A DNA stretch of 56,880 nt from a virus (Duplodnaviria > Caudoviricetes). Made by a program: the position numbers and the translations under genes. The DNA lies in the IMG/VR virus record IMGVR_UViG_3300025676_000022, positions 1 through 56,880 of that record; one strand, given 5' to 3'. A model generated the notes under the pieces. That model saw nothing but the letters and a program-made list of their open reading frames with translations. It ran no database searches and was not told where the DNA came from. Below, piece after piece: positions 1 through 10,996 of this stretch (positions within the stretch are counted from its first letter, which is position 1; each line of letters starts with the position of its first letter).

Positions 1-86
1 TTCTTAATCTGATTGCTATTTACGCCCATTGGTTCTCCTGTTATATTTAGTAGAAATACTAAACATAGTATTTTTATATACTTCAC
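1..86 (-). CDS. 5' part of a lysozyme-like protein, paralog of 45242..45790 (runs off the left edge)
   Basis: Not in the ORF track. Manual translation VKYIKILCLVFLLNITGEPMGVNSNQIK aligns without gaps to VRYIQIIFVMFLLTIKGEPMSVDSTQIK. AGGAG SD precedes the ATG at 29. Confidence 0.8.
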   Translation of the reverse strand, partial: MKYIKILCLVFLLNITGEPMGVNSNQIK

Positions 87-92
87 CAATGT

Positions 93-122
93 AAAATACT
101 AAAGTTTTGTCGTCTATGTCAA
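93..122 (-). promoter_or_regulatory. sigma70-like promoter TTGACA-N18-TATTTT
   Basis: Same boxes, spacing and position as 45794..45823 in module 2. Confidence 0.65.
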
Positions 123-153
123 GCATTTTTTTTCTATTATAAATCATATTCAT

Positions 154-444
154 TTAACTATATTGTCCACCTATAGTGTGGCTCATGTGAAATGGTGCAG
201 TACCTATATCATCATCATACAGATTGACTTCACCTGCTGTTGATTGCAATGGATTATTGCTACCACCTATTAAATCACAATCTTTCATTGGTCCACCTGC
301 CCCACCAAACGAATTATCAAAAGCAAAAGAACCACCATTTAACAAACTTGCTAAACTTAGATTACTTGTTTGCTCACAATCAGTTGATACTCTTAAATGA
401 GTATACATTGCTACATTGGTGTTTGGTACTACTGGTAATGCCAT
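154..444 (-). CDS. small fibre-associated protein, paralog of 46476..46832
   Basis: Shared LPVVxNTNV, GGSNNPLQS and IGTAPFHMSHxIGGQ motifs. Confidence 0.75.
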   Translation of the reverse strand: MALPVVPNTNVAMYTHLRVSTDCEQTSNLSLASLLNGGSFAFDNSFGGAGGPMKDCDLIGGSNNPLQSTAGEVNLYDDDIGTAPFHMSHTIGGQYS

Positions 445-446
445 AC

Positions 447-695
447 TTAACCCTTAATCTTTTTATATTCTACAATGTCTGCTTTTAATTCAACTACTCT
501 TGCTTCTGCATTTACTAAGTCTGCTTCTGCTTGTGTAATTGCATCATCAACTGGTTTTGAATCTGTCCAATCTACTACTGTTACATCTTTACCTGCTGCA
601 TCTTTCATTACTCTTGTATGTTTGATTTCAACTTGTTTAGGTGCATCACCTACTGGTGGTGCTTCTACTATTTTTTCTGCTATTACTTTAGCCAT
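447..695 (-). CDS. small coiled-coil protein after the tail fibre (possible fibre assembly factor), paralog of 46835..47074
   Basis: 53 of the last 63 aa are identical to the module 2 copy. Overlaps the fibre stop codon. Confidence 0.8.
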   Translation of the reverse strand: MAKVIAEKIVEAPPVGDAPKQVEIKHTRVMKDAAGKDVTVVDWTDSKPVDDAITQAEADLVNAEARVVELKADIVEYKKIKG

Positions 696-3600
696 TTAAC
701 TTGTCCTTTAATTCGTTTATTTGTTCTTGTTGTTCTTGTATTGCTTTTATTAATACCGAAGATAGTTTTGCATAATCTACTACTTTATGAGTTTCATCTG
801 ATTTTAGGTCATTAACCTCTTTTACTACTTCAGGGATAATCTTTTCTACTTCTTGTGCAATTACACCAATGTCGTGTACACCTTTTCTTTTTTCTTTCCA
901 GTCAAATTCTACTGCTCTCATTTTCATTACATCAGATAAACCATAAGGTGTATCTTTAATATTCTTTTTAAGTTTTCTATCAGAACCAACCGATGTTGAA
1001 TAAGCAATAACATCTGCATCTGCATGAAAATCTCCATCAGTTTCAAATCTAAATTCTTCAGTACCATTAACATATACACCCATATTTGATGATGACTTTA
1101 ATCCTTTAGCATAAGGGAAGTTGTCAGTTTGAGTTCCATCTACATTTTGAAAAGCACTTGCTTCAAAACCAACACCCCAACCATCATTATAAGTATCTAC
1201 ATCTGCATTAAATCCAATCTGAACATTTCTAACTGTAATTTGTGGATATTGCCAAGTTGATGCTAATTCTCCAATATAGACACAATGATTAGAGCCATCA
1301 TGTCCGAATCTAACTGTAAAATCTCTTGTTTGATTTGCAGATAATATCAATGCTTCCTCATTAATCCATTCATTGCTTCCTGCTGTTTGATAAGCATATC
1401 CTGCTAGATAACAAGTAAAAGATTCGTCTGTTGTATAATCATATACATCTACCCAAAAAGATAACATATCTGCTGGACCACCACCTGTTGGAAGTGTTAT
1501 TTTAATAGCACCTGTATGAGTACTAGTACTTGTTCTATATGTTCCACCATTGGGGTGTATAACTGTACCACCCTTACTTGCATCGCTATGTTCTGCAAAT
1601 AATCCACCACCACCACCAATTCTAATATTACCTGCTACATCTAATTTTTCTGCAGGCGATGTAGTTCCTATACCGACTCTTTGAGAAGAATCAATATCTA
1701 CTGCTCTCGTACCACTGGTGAAAAATGCAATAGTGTTATCATTTTCTGCATAAAAGTTTAATGTATTTCCAGCACTTTGTAAGAAAAATTGTCTTGTTCC
1801 ACTATCATATACAGATAAATATGGACTACCAGTTCCTTCTAATCTTAACACTTCATCAGTTGCTCCAGAACTTATGTGAAGTTTTGTACCAGGTGATGCA
1901 GTTCCTATACCGACTCGTTGAGAACTATCTATCCTCATAGCTTCAGCATTACCTGAATACCATACATGACCACTTGTTCCTGAAGCAGCACCATACAGCA
2001 TAAATCCACCTGCATAAGCATTATCTTTTGGTCCAACATAACAATTATTATTTGAATGTAATCCAAGTAATCCTATATCATCTCCATCAGCATCTTCGCC
2101 CATAAAGAATGTATTATTAGAAATCATTACATTTCCAGCTACATGAAGTTTCTGTGCAGGTGCTGTAGTTCCTATACCGACATTACCTGAACTATCTACT
2201 CTTACTCTTTCAGTTAAAGTTTGATTATCTGCACTTGCTGTTGCTACTTGATTAATTGTAAAATTATTTGAAGTATCTGCAGTTAAAACTATACCCTTAA
2301 CACCTCTTGTTCTAAATGTATTTGCATTTGTTCCTGCTTCACTATATAAAGCCAAAAATGGATAACCTTGTGAAGAATTACAACCTAATGTTGAGCCATA
2401 TCCACTTTGATTTACATGCCCAAAATTAAAAGCATTTCCATTTACTCTTGCATTTATTTTTGCCCCACCTTGTCCTGCTGTGCTACCCATTTGTAAAGTA
2501 GAAGATATAGTAGAAGCCCCAGTTAATGCTAATGTGCTTCCATCAAAAGTAAGATTAGATTCTGTATCTATATTATTTGTTCCACCATAAGTCAATACAC
2601 CATTAGCTGTTGTGCCATCTATAGTGATTCCACCTAAGCTATCAAAAATATCTTGTGCTATAAATCGTTTAGGTGCTTCACTTGCATCTGCATCAAATAA
2701 TATCATAAAGTCTGAAGCATTTAAAGTTGCAGTTGATAAAGCAGACTTATTTAGATTGATTGCTAATTGTCCTGTGCCTGATACATTTAAACTTGTTGAA
2801 GCAATATCTGTATTGATTGTTACTGTATCTGTTGCACCTACTATTGTTGCAATACCAGTACCACCTGCAATATCTAAGGTATTTCCCTGTGCAATACTTT
2901 CTGGTGTTCCACTATCTCCAGTTACATTAAATGTAGTTAACTGATTTGTATTTGTATCTGTATAATTTCCAGCATGAATATTAGTACCACCTTGGTCTGC
3001 AGTCCAATCTAAATGCTCAGCTGCTACAACTCCATTTAGAGAATTGTGAGTTAATAATGCTTCTATTTCTGAAAAAGCTTTTCTTTTACTGGTTGTGCCA
3101 TCTAATACAATAAATTCATCGGTAGCAACCATAGTTTCAGTCATATCGTCTAATCCTGAACCGTCAAAAGCTATGTCATTTGCATTAGCAGTAATACCAG
3201 TACCACCAATAACATTTACAGTAGTTCCAGTTTTGGTTAATCCTGTACCAGATGTATCAAATTTTGTAGCTAACTGTGTTTGAATATTTGAAGTTACTCC
3301 ATCTAAATAATCAAACTCTGTATTAGTTACACCAGTTGCGTGTAAGGTATCTAAATAATTTAATTCTGTAACACTTCCTGTATATCCATCTAATACATTA
3401 AGTTCTGCAGGAGTAGATGAAATTTGAGTTGTAGTAACTGCTGCTAATAAAGGAATATACCCACTTGCATCTAACAAATATTGTGTGTTGTCATCGTTTG
3501 TGGGGTCAACAATAGATAATATTGTTTCATTTACATCGGCAGTAGCTCCTTCAAATTTTATTGCATTTGCAGCTTCCATTGTTACCGTATCTACTGTTGT

Positions 3601-4569
3601 TGTTGTTCCTGCTACGGTTAAATTAGGAACTAATAATTCTCCTGTACTTGGATTATATCGTAAAGCACCAGTATCATCTAATAATGTATTTGATTCATCA
3701 TGAAAAACTACTGGAAAATTTGTATTTGCTGAGTTATTTTGTACTATTACTTTTCCTACAGTTAAATCTTCAGCTGTACCTGTTACATTCGTCATCACAC
3801 CACTAGCTGGTGTACCTAGTGCTGGATTTGTTAAAGTAGGACTTGTTAAAGTTTTGTTTGTTAAAGTTTGAGTTTCTGTTAATTGTACAATATTACTATT
3901 AGTAATAGATGTAATTTTAGTTGCATTCCCCACAGTTAAGTTTGCAGCTGTTCCTGTTACATTCGTCATTACCCCACTAGCAGGAGTTCCCAATGCTGGA
4001 GTTGTTAATGTAGGAGCTGTTAAGGTTTTATTAGTAAGTGTTTGAGTTTCTGCTAATTGTACAATATTGCTATTGGTGATAGATGTAATTTTGGTAGCAT
4101 TACCTGAGGTTAAATTTGCTGCCGTGCCAGTTACGTTAGTCATAACACCACTTGCTGGTGTTCCTAATGCAGGTGTAGTTAAGGTAGGTGCTGTTAAAGT
4201 TTTGTTTGTAAGAGTTTGTGTGCCTGTAAGAGTAGCTACTGTAGAGTCTATATTTAGAGTTATATTACCACCAGAACCACCACCACTTAAACCTGTGCCA
4301 GCTGTAATACCAGTTACGTCACCTTCAGAAGATGAACTACCAGCTACTATTAAGTTTGTTACATCTCCAGTAGTTTGTGTTGCTTTTGCAGAGCTTGCAA
4401 GTTCAGTAAATTTTTGTTCGTATACAACACCATTTCTTTTTTCTTGTTTTACAAGTACTCCATCTTCTAGAAATGATACTGTTTCACCTTCTCTAATATT
4501 AGTTTTAGATGGTCTTACTCTAAAGAAAGAGTCAATGCTGTTGACATTATGGTTGCCGGATTTTGGCAT
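688..4569 (-). CDS. tail fibre 1 with C-terminal peptidase S74 intramolecular chaperone
   Basis: T/G/S/N-rich body, VGIGT repeats, SDRKLKKNI...IGVIAQEVE...VDY...LIKAIQEQQ chaperone signature. Confidence 0.9.
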   Translation of the reverse strand: MPKSGNHNVNSIDSFFRVRPSKTNIREGETVSFLEDGVLVKQEKRNGVVYEQKFTELASSAKATQTTGDVTNLIVAGSSSSEGDVTGITAGTGLSGGGSGGNITLNIDSTVATLTGTQTLTNKTLTAPTLTTPALGTPASGVMTNVTGTAANLTSGNATKITSITNSNIVQLAETQTLTNKTLTAPTLTTPALGTPASGVMTNVTGTAANLTVGNATKITSITNSNIVQLTETQTLTNKTLTSPTLTNPALGTPASGVMTNVTGTAEDLTVGKVIVQNNSANTNFPVVFHDESNTLLDDTGALRYNPSTGELLVPNLTVAGTTTTVDTVTMEAANAIKFEGATADVNETILSIVDPTNDDNTQYLLDASGYIPLLAAVTTTQISSTPAELNVLDGYTGSVTELNYLDTLHATGVTNTEFDYLDGVTSNIQTQLATKFDTSGTGLTKTGTTVNVIGGTGITANANDIAFDGSGLDDMTETMVATDEFIVLDGTTSKRKAFSEIEALLTHNSLNGVVAAEHLDWTADQGGTNIHAGNYTDTNTNQLTTFNVTGDSGTPESIAQGNTLDIAGGTGIATIVGATDTVTINTDIASTSLNVSGTGQLAINLNKSALSTATLNASDFMILFDADASEAPKRFIAQDIFDSLGGITIDGTTANGVLTYGGTNNIDTESNLTFDGSTLALTGASTISSTLQMGSTAGQGGAKINARVNGNAFNFGHVNQSGYGSTLGCNSSQGYPFLALYSEAGTNANTFRTRGVKGIVLTADTSNNFTINQVATASADNQTLTERVRVDSSGNVGIGTTAPAQKLHVAGNVMISNNTFFMGEDADGDDIGLLGLHSNNNCYVGPKDNAYAGGFMLYGAASGTSGHVWYSGNAEAMRIDSSQRVGIGTASPGTKLHISSGATDEVLRLEGTGSPYLSVYDSGTRQFFLQSAGNTLNFYAENDNTIAFFTSGTRAVDIDSSQRVGIGTTSPAEKLDVAGNIRIGGGGGLFAEHSDASKGGTVIHPNGGTYRTSTSTHTGAIKITLPTGGGPADMLSFWVDVYDYTTDESFTCYLAGYAYQTAGSNEWINEEALILSANQTRDFTVRFGHDGSNHCVYIGELASTWQYPQITVRNVQIGFNADVDTYNDGWGVGFEASAFQNVDGTQTDNFPYAKGLKSSSNMGVYVNGTEEFRFETDGDFHADADVIAYSTSVGSDRKLKKNIKDTPYGLSDVMKMRAVEFDWKEKRKGVHDIGVIAQEVEKIIPEVVKEVNDLKSDETHKVVDYAKLSSVLIKAIQEQQEQINELKDKLNG
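3765..4225 (-). repeat. about 2.6 tandem 174-bp (58-aa) repeats within tail fibre 1
   Basis: Unit [54 protein letters not shown], with mostly synonymous divergence. Confidence 0.9.
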
Positions 4570-7100
4570 TATGAAGGTCTCTTATTAGTTTGTCTGTAAT
4601 CAATATTTATATCATTTATATCTATTTTACCATCAGAGGTAACTTTTAGTGATATAGATTCACAGTTTTGATTTACTGTAAATGCTTTAATTTGATAGTT
4701 GGCATTATTAACCGCCTGTCCTGTTAGTGCTGTATAGCTAGTGCTTCCATCTAAAGCGTAAGCTAATGTTAGTGTTGTATTTGCTGCTGCATCTCTTGCT
4801 GCAACGTAAACCTTTCTAATTTTTTTTACTAATCCTGGATTGCCAAAATCTATATCTTTAGTAATTAACTCTACGCTTTCAGTTCCATAATCGTTGGTTA
4901 GTGAATGAATTTTATCATCTGAATGTTTAAAGAAATATACACCATCAAATGATTCTACAAAGTTAGACACATCTGCACTACCTACGCACGCTCTTGTGGT
5001 CCAACCTTGAGTTGCAAAATCAAAACAAAAAACTTTATCTTCTGTATCTACACCACTATTTGATGTCATTGCAGAGTCTTGTAAAACGTATAATTGTTTA
5101 TATTTTGGCTCGTAAGATATAGAAGGTTTTAATAAAACATCACTTAGCTCTTGTCCTGCTTGCCAAAGATTGTCATCTAAAGAAGCTGTTAGTTCTTTTG
5201 GCATACTCTGTCCATCAAATAGATATACTCCATTTCTGTTTACCCAAGATATTCCAAAAGGTGTTTTAGCTACAGAGTTTTGAAAAATACATCCCATACC
5301 ATCATACTCTGCTTCTAAGTACCAACCAGCATCTGAAGTAGATGATACATTAATAACATATAATTTTTTTTGTTTAAAAGCTAACAACCTATTACCTAAG
5401 CTATGTAAGGCTGTAATAGAGTCGCCGTCACTAATACCAATGTCTAGATAATAACTATCAGGAAATGTTGCAAATCTATTAACTGGACTATAATATATTC
5501 TATCGTCAAGTACTTCTCCATTCTTTTTAACGTTTCCAATCCAAGCCCTTCTAGCACATACCGTAGCAGCTTTAAATCCTCCAGATGTACCTATTGCTGC
5601 TCTAGTTCCCACATCAATACTTTCTTCGTCTTGAGAATATCCGTTAATACTTTCGTAAGTATCCAAAGAAGGATTTACTACATCTAGTCCTGTAACGTCA
5701 GCAAAGTCTGTATCAGAAGGGTGTGTGAATGCATTAAAATCTTCAAATAGATTTGTTCTAACTCCTCTTTGATAATCTACGTCTAAAAATAGTATCCATC
5801 TACCGTTACCGTCTTTTTTTCTAGTATAAACTCTTACACCTTTTTCATTTTTATACCCACTAAATCCAGTGTCTTTTATTCTAAATCCTACGTTAGTAAA
5901 ATATGCACCAGTTGTTATTGGGAATAAAGTTGTTTTAGGTGTTTGAGGTAATGTTTCATTGTCTTGTAAGTCTACTATACTGTGACAAAATTCGTAAGAA
6001 CCTGCTTCCCAACCACCACCAGTAACACTTATACTTGTTGTTAAGGTTGTTTGAACTTTTGCTCCAGTAGCATGCTCTAAAGCACCGGTTCCAAATACAT
6101 CTCTATCTACAAGAAGTTGTAGTACGTCTAAAGTTCCTGAACCATTCATGGTATTTGTACTTCTTACTCTCATAGCTTCACCGTTAATATGTATAATTTC
6201 TCCTACAAGATTCGCTATTCCTCCAGTTGATATACCACTACTTCCTCCATAGTTTAAAGAAACAGATGACATATCATTTGCATCTGTTAGTTTTAAATGA
6301 ATTAATTTATCTGTTAATTTTATGTCAGCAGTAGGGTCTGGATTTGAATCATTTGGATTGGGCGTTACTTTAAGAAAGTTATCAGAGTCAGTATTTTCAA
6401 TAATATCAAAAAATGATTGAGAATCTAAAGTTGGGTCTGTCTGTAATTTTATACTAAACTCTCCAGCTCCAGGGTCAGTAAAACTTGTTCCTTTTGTTAT
6501 AGCCTCAAATTTAGTAGATAATTTTTCTATTTGCATAGTAGTGTCTAACCAACCACTAATATCAGTTCCAAATCTATCTGTTTCATTTACATATACTAAA
6601 CGTCTTGGCTCTTCATGTGAATCTGGAACTTCATCTACTACGCTTTCATCCGATACAAATAAAGTACCATCAACGTAATAGTATACTGGTAATACTCCGT
6701 TTTCAGTTTGCATGTCAATAATAGCATCGTTAGAATCTTCTGTTAAAGTAAGAGTGCTAGTATTACCAAATTCTCTGGCGTATGTTAAAATCTTTGTACT
6801 TGTTCCTGAGCCATTATTTTCTGGGAATGCGAATACTTGAACTGCAGTTCCCAAGGTTTCACTGTTGTCTGTATTATATTGACTGTTAAACATAAAGGCA
6901 CCATACCCCGCAACTGTTTGTGTGTCAGGTACATTGGCTGATGATTTAGCACTTGAGACAGAAGAAGACAATATTAAACCCGGATTATGTAAGTTTACAT
7001 TATTTGCTTTTGATACTTGGTTAGGTAAAATATCCCTAGGAGAGGACTTAGTGTTAAGCCCCTTACTAAAGTCATTGAGCTGTAAAGATTTTCTTGGCAT
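4569..7100 (-). CDS. tail nozzle / DNA stabilisation protein (P22 gp10 / T7 gp12 role)
   Basis: N-terminal DFSKGLN...NNV and propeller-like RIYYS...[18 protein letters not shown]. Size and position upstream of the fibre fit. Confidence 0.7.
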   Translation of the reverse strand: MPRKSLQLNDFSKGLNTKSSPRDILPNQVSKANNVNLHNPGLILSSSVSSAKSSANVPDTQTVAGYGAFMFNSQYNTDNSETLGTAVQVFAFPENNGSGTSTKILTYAREFGNTSTLTLTEDSNDAIIDMQTENGVLPVYYYVDGTLFVSDESVVDEVPDSHEEPRRLVYVNETDRFGTDISGWLDTTMQIEKLSTKFEAITKGTSFTDPGAGEFSIKLQTDPTLDSQSFFDIIENTDSDNFLKVTPNPNDSNPDPTADIKLTDKLIHLKLTDANDMSSVSLNYGGSSGISTGGIANLVGEIIHINGEAMRVRSTNTMNGSGTLDVLQLLVDRDVFGTGALEHATGAKVQTTLTTSISVTGGGWEAGSYEFCHSIVDLQDNETLPQTPKTTLFPITTGAYFTNVGFRIKDTGFSGYKNEKGVRVYTRKKDGNGRWILFLDVDYQRGVRTNLFEDFNAFTHPSDTDFADVTGLDVVNPSLDTYESINGYSQDEESIDVGTRAAIGTSGGFKAATVCARRAWIGNVKKNGEVLDDRIYYSPVNRFATFPDSYYLDIGISDGDSITALHSLGNRLLAFKQKKLYVINVSSTSDAGWYLEAEYDGMGCIFQNSVAKTPFGISWVNRNGVYLFDGQSMPKELTASLDDNLWQAGQELSDVLLKPSISYEPKYKQLYVLQDSAMTSNSGVDTEDKVFCFDFATQGWTTRACVGSADVSNFVESFDGVYFFKHSDDKIHSLTNDYGTESVELITKDIDFGNPGLVKKIRKVYVAARDAAANTTLTLAYALDGSTSYTALTGQAVNNANYQIKAFTVNQNCESISLKVTSDGKIDINDINIDYRQTNKRPS

Positions 7101-7471
7101 TATGCAGACCTTTTGACTTTTTCAAAACTACGCATTCCTCCAAGACCTAAAAGTCCCATTAATACCGTAGTCAAAGTAGTCATATCAAATTCAGGTAATA
7201 CAATATTGTATCCCGCTGCAGTTAATCCAAAAGCCATCATAGGTTGCAATACAAAGTGATAACACAATGCAAAAGCACAAACCCATCCTACAAAAGGTCT
7301 CCACCCACTTTTAAATAGACTAGAAGAACCTGCTTCTATCTTGTTAACTTCTATTTGAGCCTTATTAATCTCCATGATTAAGTTTGCTTTCTCTTCTTTA
7401 TCTAAAGTAAACTTGTCTACATGACCAGCTACTTTGTCAATAATACTTGCTACTACATTTAACTTAGGCAT
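7100..7471 (-). CDS. 3TM holin (GTA holin 3TM type)
   Basis: SGWRPFVGWVC and LLGLGGMRSFEK motifs plus hydrophobic segments. Start placed at MPKLN. Confidence 0.85.
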   Translation of the reverse strand: MPKLNVVASIIDKVAGHVDKFTLDKEEKANLIMEINKAQIEVNKIEAGSSSLFKSGWRPFVGWVCAFALCYHFVLQPMMAFGLTAAGYNIVLPEFDMTTLTTVLMGLLGLGGMRSFEKVKRSA

Positions 7472-7493
7472 ATTCCACACCCGCAATCACATA

Positions 7494-7799
7494 TTATCTG
7501 CATTTCCATCTCCTTCTCGCCTGCCTTATTCTAGAATTAGGATTGTTTCTAGTTTTAGCAGAGCTTCGTTTTAGTTGTCCTAAAGACCTTGCACAATAAG
7601 ACTTTCTTCTTTTAGCTGCTTTGCTACCTTTTTTTACTTTACCAGTAACAGCAGTCTTTAATTTACTTCCAGGGTTTGCTTTCCTATAAGCTCTAACTCC
7701 CTTAGCAGTCATTCCTGCTCCAGACTTAGTCTTTCTATAATTAGCTCCCTTTCCTTTTGTAGTTTTAGGTATAGCTTTTTTTCTTTTTCTTGCAGCCAC
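7494..7799 (-). CDS. small very basic phage protein (DUF6321-like)
   Basis: RRKSYCARS...PNSR...ARRRWKC; K/R-rich. Confidence 0.6.
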   Translation of the reverse strand: MAARKRKKAIPKTTKGKGANYRKTKSGAGMTAKGVRAYRKANPGSKLKTAVTGKVKKGSKAAKRRKSYCARSLGQLKRSSAKTRNNPNSRIRQARRRWKCR

Positions 7800-8908
7800 T
7801 AATATATTAACCAGTTAAGTCCAACCTTAGACTCATAAGATTCCACGTCATACATTGACAAGAATCTTCCTTCTAAAAATACTCCAAACTTATTAGTTAG
7901 TTTCCAACCATATACTAGTCCTAAGTCATAATCCATTCCATTGTCAGCTAGTTCATAGTTAAATGAATAGTCTGACATACCTTTGGTAATTGGATAAGTA
8001 GTAACCCATATATGTAACCAATTCTTAGGCGTGTACTTATAATAGTCTGCACCTAAAGATAAACTTAGTTCATTTTGATACCCTAAGTCTTTAGCAAATT
8101 TTTCATTATAATCTTGCACTAAATCAGAATATACTACTCTATAAAATTCTTCATCAGTTATTGCTACTACATTCCCCTCAGCATCAGTCCAACACCAATC
8201 CCAGTATTCATAACCAAATTGAGTAAAATGTTGTTTCCACTCATCTTTATAAGGACCATCTGCATATCCTGCTTCGTCCCAAGCTAGTAACCAAAATGGA
8301 ATAACTCCATCAGGGTCAATACCTAGTTCTTCCCAATATAAATCTATTGGTCTAAAATCTAAGTATGCTGGGTGGCTTCTTCCTGCAACCCCTAAAGATA
8401 AAGCTAAATTACCTAAGTTCTTTTTATATCGCATATCTAATGCTGCAAATTCAACTCCTTCTAACCCTCTTGAATCGTAATTTGCTTTTAGTAAAAAGTT
8501 ATTTCCTAAGTATCTGAGCATATACTGCTCATTAACAAACTCTTCTTCAAACTCTTTGTGGTCTGAATATTGAATTACATATTCCCAACCAGTAACAATA
8601 TTACCAATAGCAGCACTTTCGTTTATAGGATTTTCACTTCCTGAAAACCAAACTTCTGGCTTGTTCTCATATCCGTATCTGGCGAGTTTACGAATACCAA
8701 AGGTCATAACAGAATGGTCATCTCTTTCATCTATTATTTCTTGTAATTGCCCACCTGACACTTGGTATTGTAATTCTTTAGTTATTGGACTACTAAAACT
8801 ATATGCACCATAAATAGTACTAAACTTGAAAAAGTCTTGTCCTATTAAAGTCCCCATTAATAATACACTACATAGTAATTGTTTATACCATCTTGCTAAA
8901 TATATCAT
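7799..8908 (-). CDS. secreted, probable outer-membrane beta-barrel protein
   Basis: Signal peptide, alternating amphipathic strands (YDLGLVYGWKL, FGVFLEGRF) and C-terminal aromatic strand KVGLNWLIY. Confidence 0.6.
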   Translation of the reverse strand: MIYLARWYKQLLCSVLLMGTLIGQDFFKFSTIYGAYSFSSPITKELQYQVSGGQLQEIIDERDDHSVMTFGIRKLARYGYENKPEVWFSGSENPINESAAIGNIVTGWEYVIQYSDHKEFEEEFVNEQYMLRYLGNNFLLKANYDSRGLEGVEFAALDMRYKKNLGNLALSLGVAGRSHPAYLDFRPIDLYWEELGIDPDGVIPFWLLAWDEAGYADGPYKDEWKQHFTQFGYEYWDWCWTDAEGNVVAITDEEFYRVVYSDLVQDYNEKFAKDLGYQNELSLSLGADYYKYTPKNWLHIWVTTYPITKGMSDYSFNYELADNGMDYDLGLVYGWKLTNKFGVFLEGRFLSMYDVESYESKVGLNWLIY

Positions 8909-9309
8909 CTAAACTTCCTTAGTTGTATTTCATCAATTTCATTATTGATTTTTCTTAATATTGTATCTTTGTCTAACTGAAAAGATAATCCTGCTTCAAA
9001 TCTGCGAATTTCTTTTCCATATTCAAACATAATAATTGTCGGTACTGACTTTACATTCCATTCATCTCTAATTGCAGCACCAAACTCTGGGTTGTCTATA
9101 CTTGCATTAAATATAGCACAATTCTTTAATTTACTTAAATCTATATTAGCAGAAAAATTCCAATCTGCATTCACTTGAACTACAACACATTCATCCTGAC
9201 TTAACAGTTGAACTTGTTGTAAACTTCTAATGTTATCCTGTGATACCAATGATGATGGTAACAAAGCTAAGCCAAGCCAACACCATAGTAATATAATATA
9301 TCTGTTCAT
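8905..9309 (-). CDS. exported thioredoxin-fold protein lacking CxxC
   Basis: Signal peptide. VVQVNADWN stands where VDFxAxWC is usual. WNVKSVPTIIMFEYGKEIRR is the cis-Pro motif. Confidence 0.7.
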   Translation of the reverse strand: MNRYIILLWCWLGLALLPSSLVSQDNIRSLQQVQLLSQDECVVVQVNADWNFSANIDLSKLKNCAIFNASIDNPEFGAAIRDEWNVKSVPTIIMFEYGKEIRRFEAGLSFQLDKDTILRKINNEIDEIQLRKFR

Positions 9310-9315
9310 CGTTCA

Positions 9316-9588
9316 TCAATCTTTCTTATTTAATATATATGTTTCAATACTTTTAATATCTTCTTTGATTTCTTCAACATCTTCTTGTGTGTCTAATACT
9401 GCATCTCTAATCATTTGGTCTTTTAAATCATATTCAGTTCGTGATACTGAGGGTGCAGGTAATTCTTTAGCTAGCTGTATATCAGCTTGTAGAGTAAACC
9501 ACATACCAATAATCATTGCAAGCGTTACTACACCGCTTACTATAGTTTCTAAACTTAATGTTAGTTTAGTCTGTTTATTTACTTCCAC
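9316..9588 (-). CDS. single-TM protein with C-terminal coiled coil
   Basis: Hydrophobic IVSGVVTLAMIIGMWF followed by a heptad tail VEEIKEDIKSIE. Confidence 0.6.
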   Translation of the reverse strand: MEVNKQTKLTLSLETIVSGVVTLAMIIGMWFTLQADIQLAKELPAPSVSRTEYDLKDQMIRDAVLDTQEDVEEIKEDIKSIETYILNKKD

Positions 9589-9709
9589 TTTTCTTGCCTT
9601 TCTTTTTTGAATTAAATATTATGTCCCAACGCTTCGCATATTCTTTTTGAGATATACCTATATTCCTAGGCTTATCTCCTTTTCCTGCTCCGTTGGGACC
9701 TCTATACAT
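9575..9709 (-). CDS. 44-aa small phage protein (not in ORF track)
   Basis: MYRGPNGAGKGDKPRNIGISQKEYAKRWDIIF...; TAATG coupling to the upstream gene. Confidence 0.65.
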   Translation of the reverse strand: MYRGPNGAGKGDKPRNIGISQKEYAKRWDIIFNSKKKGKKSGSK

Positions 9710-10158
9710 TATCGTAAATCAGAAGGAGCTACTTGTCTAGTTCCTCCCACCTTATCTGTTTTTTTCATTCCATACCTTCTAACACATTCTTTATAGTTAG
9801 CCATGCATTGTTGAGCAGAAGCCATTTTAATCTGTGCCAAAGTAGGTTCTGTTGCAGAAGCTGCCGCATCCATTAAAGCTTTTGCTTTTACGTAATCAAT
9901 TAAACCCGGTTGTAAAGAATTGTCTATATCTATTGTTCCGGTAATACTTGTAAGTTTATCTGGTTCTGCATAATAAGATATTACTAATCCATCAGTAATG
10001 GTGTTACCAGAGCCTATTTGTACTGGTTTTAATTTGCCCTCTGTGGTTTCGTTAGTACTTCCATCTCCTTCAGATGTAGCTATAGCGATTCTATCGCCCT
10101 CTATCCACCAAACAAAACTATCATTAGGGTCTTTGTATGAACTACTTACAGCTGCCAT
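9709..10158 (-). CDS. head-tail adaptor-like protein (C-half type), paralog of 53988..54449
   Basis: ITDGLVISYYA and LIDYVKAK match ITEGLRIEYTA and VVCFVKAQ. Start at the TAATG overlap with a GGAG SD. Confidence 0.6.
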   Translation of the reverse strand: MAAVSSSYKDPNDSFVWWIEGDRIAIATSEGDGSTNETTEGKLKPVQIGSGNTITDGLVISYYAEPDKLTSITGTIDIDNSLQPGLIDYVKAKALMDAAASATEPTLAQIKMASAQQCMANYKECVRRYGMKKTDKVGGTRQVAPSDLR

Positions 10159-10499
10159 TATATCTCCGTCCAAGTAGTATTAGAAGACGTACTACTTTCA
10201 TTATAAAACTGTTTTATTTCTCCATTAGACAGTCTAGGTATTTTGATGTATTCTCCACTTGAATTTAAAATAGTGCATCTAAAAACCTTGTTAACTGTTA
10301 TTGCTTCATCGTCATCTAAGGCATACCATAGTTGATTGTGTTTTAAATCTGTTTTGGCATTTTCTATTTGATTTGGATATCTACCCATATCAATCAATGC
10401 TTCATTAATTAAGTTTATTACATAGTTCTCTGATACTCCAGGTACTGCCTGTAATACTCTACTATATATTTCTTTACCAGTAAATTCTATTGCTGCCAT
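10158..10499 (-). CDS. head-tail adaptor-like protein (N-half type), paralog of 54446..54724
   Basis: EIYSRV...INEA...KTDL...WYAL...ILN...YIKIPRL matches EVMERV...IKDA...KSNI...DYDL...ILD...YKGIRRL. Confidence 0.6.
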   Translation of the reverse strand: MAAIEFTGKEIYSRVLQAVPGVSENYVINLINEALIDMGRYPNQIENAKTDLKHNQLWYALDDDEAITVNKVFRCTILNSSGEYIKIPRLSNGEIKQFYNESSTSSNTTWTEI

Positions 10500-10507
10500 A
10501 TTATCTC

Positions 10508-10996
10508 CTATGCCACGTCATCTAGTACTGCATATATTAGCACTTTAATGTCATTATCTGCTGCTATCGCTGTAAAATTAGCTGTATCTTCTGCTGCATT
10601 GAATTTTCCACACCAAGCTTCACCTGCGTCTAAACATAGATTTCCTGCTGCATCTGCTGCTACTACTCCATGAGTAAAATTAAAAAATAGTTTTTCCGTT
10701 GTAGCCGTTGTTCCGTCTGCTCTAAATCCAGAATGTTTTATTATTATAAATTCAACATTATCATTAGCATGTGTTCTTGTAGGCGTTGTATCTCCTGCAG
10801 TGCCTTGTAGATAACCTATATCTGCTACTAATAACACTTCGCTACTAGCATCTATATCTTGAGCATAAGAAATCCACTTACAGTTATCTCCCGCACCATC
10901 GTTTAAATTATATACTATTGAACCACTAACAGATGCTTTCATGTCATCAGGTAAAACTGATGCAGAAATATTTACCGTTGTTTTATTTGCTGCCAT
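10508..10996 (-). CDS. hypothetical virion-region protein (beta-rich)
   Basis: Coupled ORF in the structural operon; no recognised motif. Confidence 0.6.
   Translation of the reverse strand: MAANKTTVNISASVLPDDMKASVSGSIVYNLNDGAGDNCKWISYAQDIDASSEVLLVADIGYLQGTAGDTTPTRTHANDNVEFIIIKHSGFRADGTTATTEKLFFNFTHGVVAADAAGNLCLDAGEAWCGKFNAAEDTANFTAIAADNDIKVLIYAVLDDVA

Noticed and set aside
447-1030. Diversity-generating retroelement template/variable repeat pair
   Set aside because: No reverse transcriptase in the window, both copies are coding, and mismatches are mostly third-position rather than adenine-specific.
1663-2181. Invertase shufflon in the tail fibres
   Set aside because: The 15-mers are all direct repeats within one reading frame and no site-specific recombinase is visible.
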